DNA from: Eledone cirrhosa
Taxonomy: Eukaryota
DNA: 64,000 nucleotides
Assembly (NCBI GenBank): GCA_964016885.1
Contig: OZ024743.1
Span: forward strand, 76,818,001-76,882,000
Direction: 5' to 3'
The translations under genes and the position numbers were made by a program. How positions within the stretch are numbered: the first letter of the stretch is position 1; each line of letters starts with the position of its first letter. The notes beneath the pieces are model-generated. The model did not search any database. It was given only the letters and a program-made list of their open reading frames with translations, and was not told where the DNA came from. Positions 31,049 through 45,612 of the stretch are shown here, in pieces.

Positions 31049-31146
31049 TTCGGCTCTGTTTAACTACATTGAGCTATACCTTTTACTGTCATTTCTATAA
31101 TACGAAGAGGGTGTTTAACTCCAACACGCTCCAGTATTTTAACCCT

Positions 31147-31279
<133 letters not shown>

Positions 31280-31290
31280 ATGTATGTATG

Positions 31291-31341
<51 letters not shown>

Positions 31342-31345
31342 ATAT

Positions 31346-31543
31346 AACAAAGAGGGTGTGGTAAGATACCAGGTGGACCATAACGCACCAGAGTACTCAA
31401 TACTTAGGGTAGTAGAATGGGTAATATGAAAAAAGTCAGGACCTCTACCGCTGAGCTCCGGCCGTTTCGACAGCTAGATCCGAACTCGGATCTAGCCGTC
31501 GAAACGACCGGAGGCTCAGCCGTCGGGGTCCTGACTCTTTTCA
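31346..31543 (+). mobile_element. ~200-bp element with a long terminal hairpin; relatives at 50295-50490 (inverted) and 47050-47097 (partial)
   Basis: Shared GGACCATAACGCACCA.AGTACTCAATACTTAGGGTAGTAGA segment; inverted repeat 31432-31543; (TA)n flanks. Confidence 0.75.
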
Positions 31544-31562
31544 TATATATATATATATATAT

Positions 31563-31800
31563 AGGGCGGGTAAAATTCCCGAGATCCATGAACGAGTTCT
31601 CTCCAGCGGTCTTTGTTCCTCATCATCGCTGCCATGTCCTGCGTCTCCAAGAGACCAGTGTCTGACCTTAGGGCATCAACATATGTCAACCTCGGTCTTC
31701 CTCTTCCAGTGTGTCCATGCAGGGGCTCCCACAGGAGCACTGAGTGTAATGTCAACTCTGGATGTCGGTGAGCATGTCCAGCTAACCTCAGTCTCCCCTG
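31563..31800 (-). mobile_element. 3' fragment of an RTE-clade LINE
   Basis: Encodes LRLAGHAHRHPELTLHSVLLWEPLHGHTGRGRPRLTYVDAL...DRWRELV. Confidence 0.8.
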
Positions 31801-31939
31801 GCTGTATAAGAATTATGAAACGTCACAGCAAAAGATATAAGACAATACCTTGTTTGTTATATACAAACATACGATTTGCTGTGCCTGACATTATGATAGT
31901 GACTCTAGTACCTGGATTTAATTTTCTAGCCTTTCTATT

Positions 31940-32160
31940 TTGTTATTGTTGTTGTTTATCCCCAGGTCAAACCTGATTAAGCAAACTTAATGTCAAAGAT
32001 GTACCAACCGTAACATCCAGTCTGTCTCTCGGTGGTATTCCGTATTGAGAACTAAATTATCCAGTGTGACGCTCCCTTTTTGTGGTGGTAGGGCGTAATT
32101 TAAAAGACATTTGACTACTGTTTCTAGCAGGTTGAGCGACCACATAGAGTCCCCTTGTTA
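31940..32160 (-). mobile_element. SINE/LINE 3' portion with (AAC)n tail; shorter relative at 22512-22575
   Basis: Shared TTGTTGTTGTTTA.C..CAGGTCAA motif in two places. Confidence 0.5.
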
Positions 32161-32549
32161 TAGTTTGGAATAAGTACTAAACATCGTGACATCTGTTCCA
32201 GCTTCAAGCTACAAATCAAAGAGATAATCTGACTTTTTTTGCAAGCTATACCTTCCAGGTCAGACATAGAAACATTGTATGTAATAAATGGGGTGTCCGG
32301 TGACATGATTTTCTCATAGATAAAAGGCAGGAAGTTTTTAGTTAAAAGTGCTTTGTTGTTTGACATATAAAACTAGAAAACAGTTATGAATAATGGTTTT
32401 CTTTGGGATACAAACAGAATCTATGCAGTGGAGCGGAAAGTGGAAAGACACGAAGATCCGACTTCACAACTCAATTATTTAAGTATATGGATAAATGTAT
32501 TTGTTTTAAGAGACTTCTCGTACTCTAAAGAGAACAAAACATGCTTTTA

Positions 32550-35500
32550 TATGTCTTAACTTGATATAGTCATGTAGACTGTCTATGACTTCGATATTTC
32601 TTAACTTGGTATAGTCATGTAGAATGTCTATGACTTTGGTATGTCTTAACTTGGTATAGTCATGTAGACTGTCTATGACTTTGGTATGTCTTAACTTGAT
32701 ATAATCATGTAGACTGTCTATGACTTTGGTATGTCTTAACTTAGTATAGTCATGTAGACTGTCTATGACTTTGGTATGTCTTAACTTGATATAGTCATGT
32801 AGACTGTCTATGACTTTGGTATGTCTTAACTTGGTATAGTCATGTAGACTGTCTATGACTTTGGTATGTCTTAACTTGATACAGTCATGTAGACTGTCTA
32901 TGACTTTGGTATGTCTTAACTTGATATAGTCATGTAGACTGTCTATGACTTTGGTATGTCCTAACTTGGTATAGTCATGTAGACTGTCTATGACTTTGGT
33001 ATGTCTTAACTTGATATAGTCATGTAGACTGACTATGACTTTGGTATGTCTTAACTTGGTATAGTCGTGTAGACTGTCTATGACTTTGGTATGTCTTAAC
33101 TTCATATAGTCACGTAAACTGTCTATGACTTTGGTATGTCTTAACTTGATATAGTCATGTAGACTGTCTATGACTTTGGTATGTCCTAACTTGGTACAGT
33201 CGTGTAGACTGTCTATGACTTTGGTATGTCTTAACTTGATATAGTCATGTAGACTGTCTATGACTTTGGTATGTCCTAACTTGATATAGTCATGTAGACT
33301 CTCTATGACTTTGGTATGTCTTAACTTGATATAGTCATGTAGACTGTCTATGACTTTGGTATGTCTTAACTTGGTATAGTCATGTAGAGTATCTATGACT
33401 TTGGTGTGTCTTAACTTGATATAGTCGTGTAGACTGTCTATGACTTTGGTATGACTTAACTTGGTATAGTCATGTAGACTGTCTATGACTTTGGTATGTG
33501 TTAACTTGATATAGTCATGTAGACTGTCTAAGACTTTGGTATGTTTAACTTGATATAGTCATGTAGACTGTTTATGACTTTGGTATGTCTTAACTTGAGA
33601 TAGTCAGGTAAACTGTCTATGACTTTGGTATGTCTGAACTTGGTATAGTCATGTAGACTGTCTATGACTTTGGTATGTCTTAACTTGGTATAGTCATGTA
33701 GACTGTCTATGACTTTAGTATGTCTTAACTTGATATAGTCATGTAGACTGTTTATGACTTTGGTATGTCTTAACTTGATATAGTCGTGTAGACTGTCTAT
33801 GACTTTGGTATGTCTTAACTTGGTATAGTCATGTAGACTGTCTATGACTTTGGTGTGTCTTAACTTGATATAGTCGTGTAGACTGTCTATGACTTTGGTA
33901 TGTCTTAACTTGGTATAGTCATGTAGACTGACTATGATTTGCTATGTCTTAACTTGATATAGTCGTGTAGACTGTCTATGACTTTGGTATGTCTTAACTT
34001 GGTATAGTCATGTAGACTGTCTATGATTTTGGTGTGTCTTAACTTGATATAGTCGTGTAGACTGTCTATGACTTTGGTATGTCTTAACTTGGTATAGTCA
34101 TGTAGACTGTCTATGACTTTGGTATGTCTTAACTTGATATAGTCGTGTAGACTGTCTATGACTTTGGTATGTCTTAACTTGGTATAGTCATGTAGACTTC
34201 TATGACTTTGGTATGTCTTAACTTGATATAGTCATGTAGACTGTCTATGACTTTGGTGTGTCTTAACTTGGTATAGTCATGTAGACTGTCTATGACTTTG
34301 GTATGTCTTAACTTGATATAGTCATGTAGACTGTCTATGACTTTGGTATGTCTTACTTGATATAGTCATGTAGACTGTTTATGACTTTGGTATGTCTTAA
34401 CTTGAGATAGTCATGTAGACTGTCTATGACTTTGGTATGTCTTAACTTGATATAGTCATGTAGACTGTCTATGACTTTGGTATGTCTTAACTTGATATAG
34501 TCATGTAGACTGTTTATGACTTTGGTATGTCTTAACTTGATACAGTCATGTAGACTGTCTATGACTTTGGTATGTCTTAACTTGATATAGTCATGTAGAC
34601 TGTCTATGACTTTGGTATGTCCTAACTTGGTATAGTCATGTAGACTGTCTATGACTTTGGTATGTCTTAACTTGATATAGTTATGTAGACTGACTATGAC
34701 TTTGGTATGTCTTAACTTGATATAGTCATGTAGACTGTCTATGACTTTGGTATGTCTTAACTTGATATAGTCATGTAGACTGTCTATGACTTTGGTGTGT
34801 CTTAACTTGGTATAGTCATGTAGACTGTCTATGACTTTGGTATGTCTTAACTTGATATAGTCATGTAGACTGTCTATGACTTTGGTATGTCCTAACTTGG
34901 TATAGTCATGTAGACTGTCTATAACTTTGGTATGTCTTAACTTGATATAGTTATGTAGACTGACTATGACTTTGGTATGTCTTAACTTGATATAGTCACG
35001 TAAACTGTCTATGACTTTGGTATGTCTTAACTTGATATAGTCATGTAGACTGTTTATGACTTTGGTATGTCTTAACTTGAGATAGTCATGTAGACTGTCT
35101 ATGACTTTGGTATGTCTTAACTTGATATAGTCATGTAGACTGTCTATGACTTTGGTATGTCTTAATTTGATATAGTCATGTAGACTGTCTATGACTTTGG
35201 TATGTCTTAACTTGATATAGTCATGTAGACTGTCTATGACTTTGGTATGTCTTAACTTGGTATAGTCATGTAGACTCTCTATGACTTTGGTATGTCTTAA
35301 CTTGATATAGTCATGTAGACTGTCTATGACTTTGGTATGTCTTAACTTGATATAGTCGTGTAGACGGTCTATGACTTTGGTATGTCTTAACTTGGTATAG
35401 TCATGTAGACTGTCTATGACTTTGGTATGTGTTAACTTGATATAGTCATGTAGACTGTCTAAGACTTTGGTATGTTTAACTTGATATAATCATGTAGACT

Positions 35501-38500
35501 GTTTATGACTTTGGTATGTCTTAACTTGAGATAGTCAGGTAAACTGTCTATGACTTTAGTATGTCTTAACTTGGTATAGTCATGTAGACTGTCTATGACT
35601 TTGATATTTCTTAACTTGGTATAGTCATGTAGACTGTCTATGACTTTGGTATGTCTTAACTTGATATAGTCACGTAAACTGTCTATGACTTTGGTATGTC
35701 TTAACTTGATATAGTCATGTAGACTGTCTATGACTTTGGTATGTCTTAACTTGATATAGTCATGTAGACTGTTTATGACTTTGGTATGTCTTAACTTGAT
35801 ACAGTCATGTAGACTGTCTATGACTTTGGTATGTCTTAACTTGATATAGTCTTGTAGACTGTCTATGACTTTGGTATGACTTAACTTGGTATAGTCATGT
35901 AGACTGTCTATGACTTTGGTATGTGTTAACTTGATATAGTCATGTAGACTGTCTAAGACTTTGGTATGTTTAACTTGATATAGTCATGTAGACTGTTTAT
36001 GACTTTGGTATGTCTTAACTTGAGATAGTCAGGTAAACTGTCTATGACTTTGGTATGTCTGAACTTGGTATAGTCATGTAGACTGTCTATGACTTTGGTA
36101 TGTCTTAACTTGGTATAGTCATGTAGACTGTCTATGACTTTAGTATGTCTTAACTTGATATAGTCATGTAGACTGTTTATGACTTTGGTATGTCTTAACT
36201 TGATATAGTCGTGTAGACTGTCTATGACTTTGGTATGTCTTAACTTGGTATAGTCATGTAGACTGTCTATGACTTTGGTGTGTCTTAACTTGATATAGTC
36301 GTGTAGACTGTCTATGACTTTGGTATGTCTTAACTTGGTATAGTCATGTAGACTGACTATGATTTGCTATGTCTTAACTTGATATAGTCGTGTAGACTGT
36401 CTATGACTTTGGTATGTCTTAACTTGGTATAGTCATGTAGACTGTCTATGATTTTGGTGTGTCTTAACTTGATATAGTCGTGTAGACTGTCTATGACTTT
36501 GGTATGTCTTAACTTGGTATAGTCATGTAGACTGTCTATGACTTTGGTATGTCTTAACTTGATATAGTCGTGTAGACTGTCTATGACTTTGGTATGTCTT
36601 AACTTGGTATAGTCATGTAGACTTCTATGACTTTGGTATGTCTTAACTTGATATAGTCATGTAGACTGTCTATGACTTTGGTGTGTCTTAACTTGGTATA
36701 GTCATGTAGACTGTCTATGACTTTGGTATGTCTTAACTTGATATAGTCATGTAGACTGTCTATGACTTTGGTATGTCTTACTTGATATAGTCATGTAGAC
36801 TGTTTATGACTTTGGTATGTCTTAACTTGAGATAGTCATGTAGACTGTCTATGACTTTGGTATGTCTTAACTTGATATAGTCATGTAGACTGTCTATGAC
36901 TTTGGTATGTCTTAACTTGATATAGTCATGTAGACTGTTTATGACTTTGGTATGTCTTAACTTGATACAGTCATGTAGACTGTCTATGACTTTGGTATGT
37001 CTTAACTTGATATAGTCATGTAGACTGTCTATGACTTTGGTATGTCCTAACTTGGTATAGTCATGTAGACTGTCTATGACTTTGGTATGTCTTAACTTGA
37101 TATAGTTATGTAGACTGACTATGACTTTGGTATGTCTTAACTTGATATAGTCATGTAGACTGTCTATGACTTTGGTATGTCTTAACTTGATATAGTCATG
37201 TAGACTGTCTATGACTTTGGTGTGTCTTAACTTGGTATAGTCATGTAGACTGTCTATGACTTTGGTATGTCTTAACTTGATATAGTCATGTAGACTGTCT
37301 ATGACTTTGGTATGTCCTAACTTGGTATAGTCATGTAGACTGTCTATAACTTTGGTATGTCTTAACTTGATATAGTTATGTAGACTGACTATGACTTTGG
37401 TATGTCTTAACTTGGTATAGTCATGTAGACTGTCTATGACTTTGGTATGTCTTAACTTGATATAGTCACGTAAACTGTCTATGACTTTGGTATGTCTTAA
37501 CTTGATATAGTCATGTAGACTGTTTATGACTTTGGTATGTCTTAACTTGAGATAGTCATGTAGACTGTCTATGACTTTGGTATGTCTTAACTTGATATAG
37601 TCATGTAGACTGTCTATGACTTTGGTATGTCTTAATTTGATATAGTCATGTAGACTGTCTATGACTTTGGTATGTCTTAACTTGATATAGTCATGTAGAC
37701 TGTCTATGACTTTGGTATGTCTTAACTTGGTATAGTCATGTAGACTCTCTATGACTTTGGTATGTCTTAACTTGATATAGTCATGTAGACTGTCTATGAC
37801 TTTGGTATGTCTTAACTTGATATAGTCGTGTAGACGGTCTATGACTTTGGTATGTCTTAACTTGGTATAGTCATGTAGACTGTCTATGACTTTGGTATGT
37901 GTTAACTTGATATAGTCATGTAGACTGTCTAAGACTTTGGTATGTTTAACTTGATATAGTCATGTAGACTGTTTATGACTTTGGTATGTCTTAACTTGAG
38001 ATAGTCAGGTAAACTGTCTATGACTTTAGTATGTCTTAACTTGGTATAGTCATGTAGACTGTCTATGACTTTGATATTTCTTAACTTGGTATAGTCATGT
38101 AGACTGTCTATGACTTTGGTATGTCTTAACTTGATATAGTCACGTAAACTGTCTATGACTTTGGTATGTCTTAACTTGATATAGTCATGTAGACTGTCTA
38201 TGACTTTGGTATGTCTTAACTTGATATAGTCATGTAGACTGTTTATGACTTTGGTATGTCTTAACTTGATACAGTCATGTAGACTGTCTATGACTTTGGT
38301 ATGTCTTAACTTGATATAGTCATGTAGACTGTCTATGACTTTGGTATGTCCTAACTTGGTATAGTCATGTAGACTGTCTATGACTTTGGTATGTCTTAAC
38401 TTGATATAGTTATGTAGACTGACTATGACTTTGGTATGTCTTAACTTGATATAGTCATGTAGACTGTCTATGACTTTGGTATGTCTTAACTTGATATAGT

Positions 38501-41500
38501 CATGTAGACTGTCTATGACTTTGGTGTGTCTTAACTTGGTATAGTCATGTAGACTGTCTATGACTTTGGTATGTCTTAACTTGATATAGTCATGTAGACT
38601 GTCTATGACTTTGGTATGTCCTAACTTGGTATAGTCATGTAGACTGTCTATAACTTTGGTATGTCTTAACTTGATATAGTTATGTAGACTGACTATGACT
38701 TTGGTATGTCTTAACTTGGTATAGTCATGTAGACTGTCTATGACTTTGGTATGTCTTAACTTGATATAGTCACGTAAACTGTCTATGACTTTGGTATGTC
38801 TTAACTTGATATAGTCATGTAGACTGTTTATGACTTTGGTATGTCTTAACTTGAGATAGTCATGTAGACTGTCTATGACTTTGGTATGTCTTAACTTGAT
38901 ATAGTCATGTAGACTGTCTATGACTTTGGTATGTCTTAATTTGATATAGTCATGTAGACTGTCTATGACTTTGGTATGTCTTAACTTGATATAGTCATGT
39001 AGACTGTCTATGACTTTGGTATGTCTTAACTTGGTATAGTCATGTAGACTCTCTATGACTTTGGTATGTCTTAACTTGATATAGTCATGTAGACTGTCTA
39101 TGACTTTGGTATGTCTTAACTTGATATAGTCGTGTAGACGGTCTATGACTTTGGTATGTCTTAACTTGGTATAGTCATGTAGACTGTCTATGACTTTGGT
39201 ATGTGTTAACTTGATATAGTCATGTAGACTGTCTAAGACTTTGGTATGTTTAACTTGATATAGTCATGTAGACTGTTTATGACTTTGGTATGTTTTAACT
39301 TGAGATAGTCAGGTAAACTGTCTATGACTTTAGTATGTCTTAACTTGGTATAGTCATGTAGACTGTCTATGACTTTGATATTTCTTAACTTGGTATAGTC
39401 ATGTAGACTGTCTATGACTTTGGTATGTCTTAACTTGGTATAGTCATGTAGACTGTCTATGACTTTGGTGTGTCTTAACTTGATATAGTCGTGTAGACTG
39501 TCTATGACTTTGGTATGTCTTAACTTGGTATAGTCATGTAGACTGTCTATGACTTTGGTATGTCTTAACTTGATATAGTCATGTAGACTGTCTAAGACTT
39601 TGGTATGTTTAACTTGATATAGTCATGTAGACTGTTTATGACTTTGGTATGTCTTAACTTGAGATAGTCAGGTAAACTGTCTATGACTTTGGTATGTCTT
39701 AACTTGGTATAGTCATGTAGACTGTCTATGACTTTGATATTTCTTAACTTGGTATAGTCATGTAGACTGTCTATGACTTTGGTATTCTGAACTTGGTATA
39801 GTCATGTAGACTGTCTATGACTTTGGTATGTCTTAACTTGGTATAGTCATGTAGACTGTCTATGACTTTAGTATGTCTTAACTTGATATAGTCATGTAGA
39901 CTGTTTATGACTTTGGTATGTCTTAACTTGAGATAGTCATGTAGACTGTCTATGACTTTGGTATGTCTTAACTTGGTATAGTCATGTAGACTGTCTATGA
40001 CTTTGGTATGTCTTAACTTGGTATAGTCATGTAGACTGTCTATGACTTTGGGGTGTCTTAACTTGATATAGTCGTGTAGACTGTCTATGACTTTGGTATG
40101 TCTTAACTTGGTATAGTCATGTAGACTGTCTATGATTTGCTATGTCTTAACTTGATATAGTCGTGTAGACTGTCTATGACTTTGGTATGTCTTAACTTAG
40201 TATAGTCATGTAGACTCTATGATTTTGGTGTGTCTTAACTTGATATAGTCGTGTAGACTGTCTATGACTTTGGTATGTCTTAACTTGGTATAGTCATGTA
40301 GACTGTCTATGACTTTGGTATGTCTTAACTTGATATAGTCGTGTAGACTGTCTATGACTTTGGTATGTCTTAACTTGGTATAGTCATGTAGACTTCTATG
40401 ACTTTGGTATGTCTTAACTTGATATAGTCATGTAGACTGTCTATGACTTTGGTGTGTCTTAACTTGGTATAGTCATGTAGACTGTCTATGACTTTGGTAT
40501 GTCTTAACTTGATATAGTCATGTAGACTGTCTATGACTTTGGTATGTCTTAACTTGGTATAGTCATGTAGACTGTCTATGACTTTGGTATGTCTTAACTT
40601 GATATAGTCATGTAGACTGACTATGACTTTGGTATGTCTTAACTTGGTATAGTCATGTAGACTGTCTATGACTTTGGTATGTCTTAACTTGGTATAGTCA
40701 TGTAGACTGTCTATGACTTTGGTATGTCTTAACTTGATATAGTCGTGTAGACGGTCTATGACTTTGGTATGTCTTAACTTGGTATAGTCATGTAGACTGT
40801 CTATGACTTTGGTATGTGTTAACTTGATATAGTCATGTAGACTGTCTAAGACTTTGGTATGTTTAACTTGATATAGTCATGTAGACTGTTTATGACTTTG
40901 GTATGTCTTAACTTGAGATAGTCAGGTAAACTGTCTATGACTTTAGTATGTCTTAACTTGGTATAGTCATGTAGACTGTCTATGACTTTGATATTTCTTA
41001 ACTTGGTATAGTCATGTAGACTGTCTATGACTTTGGTATGTCTTAACTTGGTATAGTCATGTAGACTGTCTATGACTTTGGTGTGTCTTAACTTGATATA
41101 GTCGTGTAGACTGTCTATGACTTTGGTATGTCTTAACTTGGTATAGTCATGTAGACTGTCTATGACTTTGGTATGTCTTAACTTGATATAGTCATGTAGA
41201 CTGTCTAAGACTTTGGTATGTTTAACTTGATATAGTCATGTAGACTGTTTATGACTTTGGTATGTCTTAACTTGAGATAGTCAGGTAAACTGTCTATGAC
41301 TTTGGTATGTCTTAACTTGGTATAGTCATGTAGACTGTCTATGACTTTGATATTTCTTAACTTGGTATAGTCATGTAGACTGTCTATGCCTTTGGTATTC
41401 TGAACTTGGTATAGTCATGTAGACTGTCTATGACTTTGGTATGTCTTAACTTGGTATAGTCATGTAGATTGTCTATGACTTTAGTATGTCTTAACTTGAT

Positions 41501-43245
41501 ATAGTCATGTAGACTGTTTATGACTTTGGTATGTCTTAACTTGAGATAGTCATGTAGACTGTCTATGACTTTGGTATGTCTTAACTTGGTATAGTCGTGT
41601 AGACTGTCTATGACTTTGGTATGTCTTAACTTGGTATAGTCATGTAGACTGTCTATGACTTTGGGGTGTCTTAACTTGATATAGTCGTGTAGACTGTCTA
41701 TGACTTTGGTATGTCTTAACTTGGTATAGTCATGTAGACTGTCTATGATTTGCTATGTCTTAACTTGATATAGTCGTGTAGACTGTCTATGACTTTGGTA
41801 TGTCTTAACTTGGTATAGTCATGTAGACTCTATGATTTTGGTGTGTCTTAACTTGATATAGTCGTGTAGACTGTCTATGACTTTGGTATGTCTTAACTTG
41901 GTATAGTCATGTAGACTGTCTATGACTTTGGTATGTCTTAACTTGATATAGTCGTGTAGACTGTCTATGACTTTGGTATGTCTTAACTTGGTATAGTCAT
42001 GTAGACTTCTATGACTTTGGTATGTCTTAACTTGATATAGTCATGTAGACTGTCTATGACTTTGGTGTGTCTTAACTTGGTATAGTCATGTAGACTGTCT
42101 ATGACTTTGGTATGTCTTAACTTGATATAGTCATGTAGACTGTCTATGACTTTGGTATGTCTTAACTTGATATAGTCATGTAGACTGTTTATGACTTTGG
42201 TATGTCTTAACTTGAGATAGTCATGTAGACTGTCTATGACTTTCGTATGTCTTAACTTGATATAGTCATGTAGACTGTCTATGACTTTGGTATGTCTTAA
42301 CTTGATATAGTCATGTAGACTGTTTATGACTTTGGTATGTCTTAACTTGATACAGTCATGTAGACTGTCTATGACTTTGGTATGTCTTAACTTGATATAG
42401 TCATGTAGACTGTCTATGACTTTGGTATGTCTTAACTTGGTATAGTCATGTAGACTCTCTATGACTTTGGTATGTCTTAACTTGATATAGTCATGTAGAC
42501 TGTCTATGACTTTGGTATGTCTTAACTTGATATAGTCGTGTAGACGGTCTATGACTTTGGTATGTCTTAACTTGGTATAGTCATGTAGACTTCTATGACT
42601 TTGGTATGTCTTAACTTGGTATAGTCATGTAGACTGTCTATGACTTTGGTATGTCTTAACCTGGTATAGTCATGTAGACTGTCTATGACTTTGGTATGTC
42701 TTAACTTGGTATAGTTATGTAGACTGTCTATGACTTTGGTATGTCTTAACTTGATATAGTCATGTAGACTGTCTATGACTTTGGTATGTCTTAACTTGAT
42801 ATAGTCATGTAGACTGTCTATGACTTTGGTATGTCCTAACTTGGTATAGTCATGTAGACTGTCTATGACTTTGGTATGTCTTAACTTGATATAGTTATGT
42901 AGACTGACTATGACTTTGGTATGTCTTAACTTGGTATAGTCATGTAGACTGTCTATGACTTTGGTATGTCTTAACTTGATATAGTCATGTAGACTGTTTA
43001 TGACTTTGGTATGTCTTAACTTGAGATAGTCATGTAGACTGTCTATGACTTTGGTATGTCTTAACTTGATATAGTCATGTAGACTGTCTATGACTTTGGT
43101 ATGTCTTAATTTGATATAGTCATGTAGACTGTCTATGACTTTGGTATGTCTTAACTTGATATAGTCATGTAGACTTCTATGACTTTGGTATGTCTTAACT
43201 TGATATAGTCTTAACTTGATATAGTCATGTACACTGTCTATGATG
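32550..43245. repeat. 45-bp satellite (GTCTTAACTTG(A/G)TATAGTCATGTAGACTGTCTATGACTTTGGTAT), about 238 copies
   Basis: 15-aa periodic translation; kb-scale duplicated blocks of variants. Confidence 0.97.
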
Positions 43246-43251
43246 TTTATA

Positions 43252-43306
<55 letters not shown>

Positions 43307-43307
43307 G

Positions 43308-43347
<40 letters not shown>

Positions 43348-43740
43348 GATTTCTTTATTAACCACAAGGGTTTACATAAAGTAGACATTAAGGACAGTGC
43401 AGGACAATGCAGGACGGTACAAATGGGCATTTCTGCGTGTAAAAAAACAAAAACAGAGGATGTAACAAAAATAACAATGAAAATAACAATGAAAAATTCC
43501 CCAATAGGGGGGAGACTTCGGAGGGACATTTGTGGAGAAAGCCCAGTAAAAAGCCACAATGACCCTGACCACCAAGGCAAGTGCCCTCTCCCAGTTTTCC
43601 ACCTTTAGTTTACAGATATATACTCAGAGTCGGCCCATTCACTCGGGCCATTCTTGCTTCTCTCACCCATCTTTCAACAAAATGCTGGGAAGAGAGCACT
43701 TCCTTCTCTACTCTGATTTTCCTTTTCAAATGAAATTTTG
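43348..43740 (-). mobile_element. 3' fragment of a related Tx1-clade LINE ending in (ATT)n
   Basis: Minus strand encodes RVEKEVLSSQHFVERWVREARMARVNGPTLSIYL*. Shares CCCCAATAGGGGG with the 17.1-kb copy; AATAAA precedes the tail. Confidence 0.85.
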
Positions 43741-43744
43741 TCTA

Positions 43745-43956
43745 TGTCTATGACTTTGGTATGTCTTAACTTGATATAGTCATGTAGACTGTCTATGACT
43801 TTGGTATGTCTTAATTTGATATAGTCATGTAGACTGTCTATGACTTTGGTATGTCTTAACTTGATATAGTCATGTAGACTTCTATGACTTTGGTATGTCT
43901 TAACTTGATATAGTCTTAACTTGATATAGTCATGTACACTGTCTATGATGTTTATA

Positions 43957-44025
<69 letters not shown>
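43745..44025. repeat. Direct duplicate of 43040-43347 (satellite end plus (AAT)n)
   Basis: Same rare variants (CTTAATTTGAT, AGACTTCTATG, GTACACTGTCTATGATGTTT) at an offset of 705. Confidence 0.9.
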
Positions 44026-44026
<1 letters not shown>

Positions 44027-44240
44027 GTTTCTTATAAAAGCACAAGGCCGGCAATTTTCGGGGGAGGGGTAAGTCGATGAAATCGACTCCAGTGCGTGAC
44101 TGGTACTTTATTTTATCGACCCCGTAAGGATGAGAGGCAAAGTTAACCTCGGCGCGATTTGAACTCAGATCATAAAGGGAGGTAACTCTATGCTTCAAAG
44201 CATGGCGTCCGACTCTCTACCGATACTGCCAATCCACCGT
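44026..44240 (-). mobile_element. Full-length tRNA-derived SINE
   Basis: Minus strand: GGTGGATTGGCAGTATCGGTAGAGAGTCGG...GAGTTCAAATCGCGCCGAGGTTAAC...GTACCAG...GCCTTGTGC, then an (ATT)n tail. Confidence 0.88.
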
Positions 44241-44411
44241 AATAATAATAATAAATGTGAAGACTAAAATCCAGAGAGGGCTCGATAAGGATAAATATAT
44301 ATCAAATATATAAGAACCCTAGAGCAAATATTTATTAAAGTAACAGATTAAAGTCAGAAAATCCCGTCAAGGTTAAAAGCAGCGATTCTTTGCTTAAACT
44401 TTAATCTGTTA

Positions 44412-44456
<45 letters not shown>

Positions 44457-44460
<4 letters not shown>

Positions 44461-44768
44461 GGAGTAATTCCGTCGGAAAAGTCCAGGAATAAAGAGTGCT
44501 CTATGTAGGTAACAGAGCTTAATAGTTATGTAATAAACAACATAAGGCAATTATTTCATTTACCAGTGGTTTCTTAAAAGCAAAAAAATGTTGCTTTCAA
44601 TCATCAGAATGAAAAAATCCTGGCGTATTTATTGACTTTGGATTTTAAAAACAAAAATGCAATCTATATGAAAGTGAGGCTGGAGAAGGAAGAAGGAACG
44701 GAAAAATAAAATAAAAACACACATGCAAACACACACACACACACACACACAAACACAATTATATACAT

Positions 44769-44827
<59 letters not shown>

Positions 44828-45413
44828 CACACATACATACACACACACATATATACACACACACACCCACATATATATGTGTATATATATACATACACAT
44901 ACATATACACATACATACATACACACATAAATATCAACATATTCATACATATACATACACATATACAACTACACACATATATATATATGCATACACATAC
45001 ACATACATAGCCATACACACATACATATACATACATACATACACACAATCATACGTATATACACACGTACATACATACACATACATACACACATATATAC
45101 ATGAATACATACGCATGCACAAAAATAGAAATATATACACACACCTCTACATACTCACACACAAATAAATATAAGAAAAAATATATATAATAATAAAAGG
45201 CATAAAAAAGAAAATAAAGACTATTATAAAGTTGACAGCGATACAGGCAACAAATAAATGAACAAACACACGTGGTAAGCAATACACACACATGCACGTA
45301 CACATACATACGTAAAAATAACTACATACACACACTCTCACACATAAATATACATATACAAATACATAAACACATACATACGCATACACAAATACATACA
45401 CATACACACACAC

Positions 45414-45466
<53 letters not shown>

Positions 45467-45612
45467 CACACACATACATACATAGCCATACAATTATACA
45501 CATACATATACATACATATCACAAACACGCACAACCAAATACAAACACACACATATATATATGTGTGTAGAACTCATTCTTAGATAATTCATATGAACCT
45601 TATTTAACTCTA
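44457..45612 (-). mobile_element. ~1.15-kb hammerhead family A element with a microsatellite-rich body; HHR at 44554-44614
   Basis: Colinear reverse complement of 48170-48310 plus 49320-50270. Confidence 0.8.

Noticed and set aside
32506-44198. ORFs with KLRHTKVIDSLHDY repeats
   Set aside because: Satellite translations broken by frequent indels.
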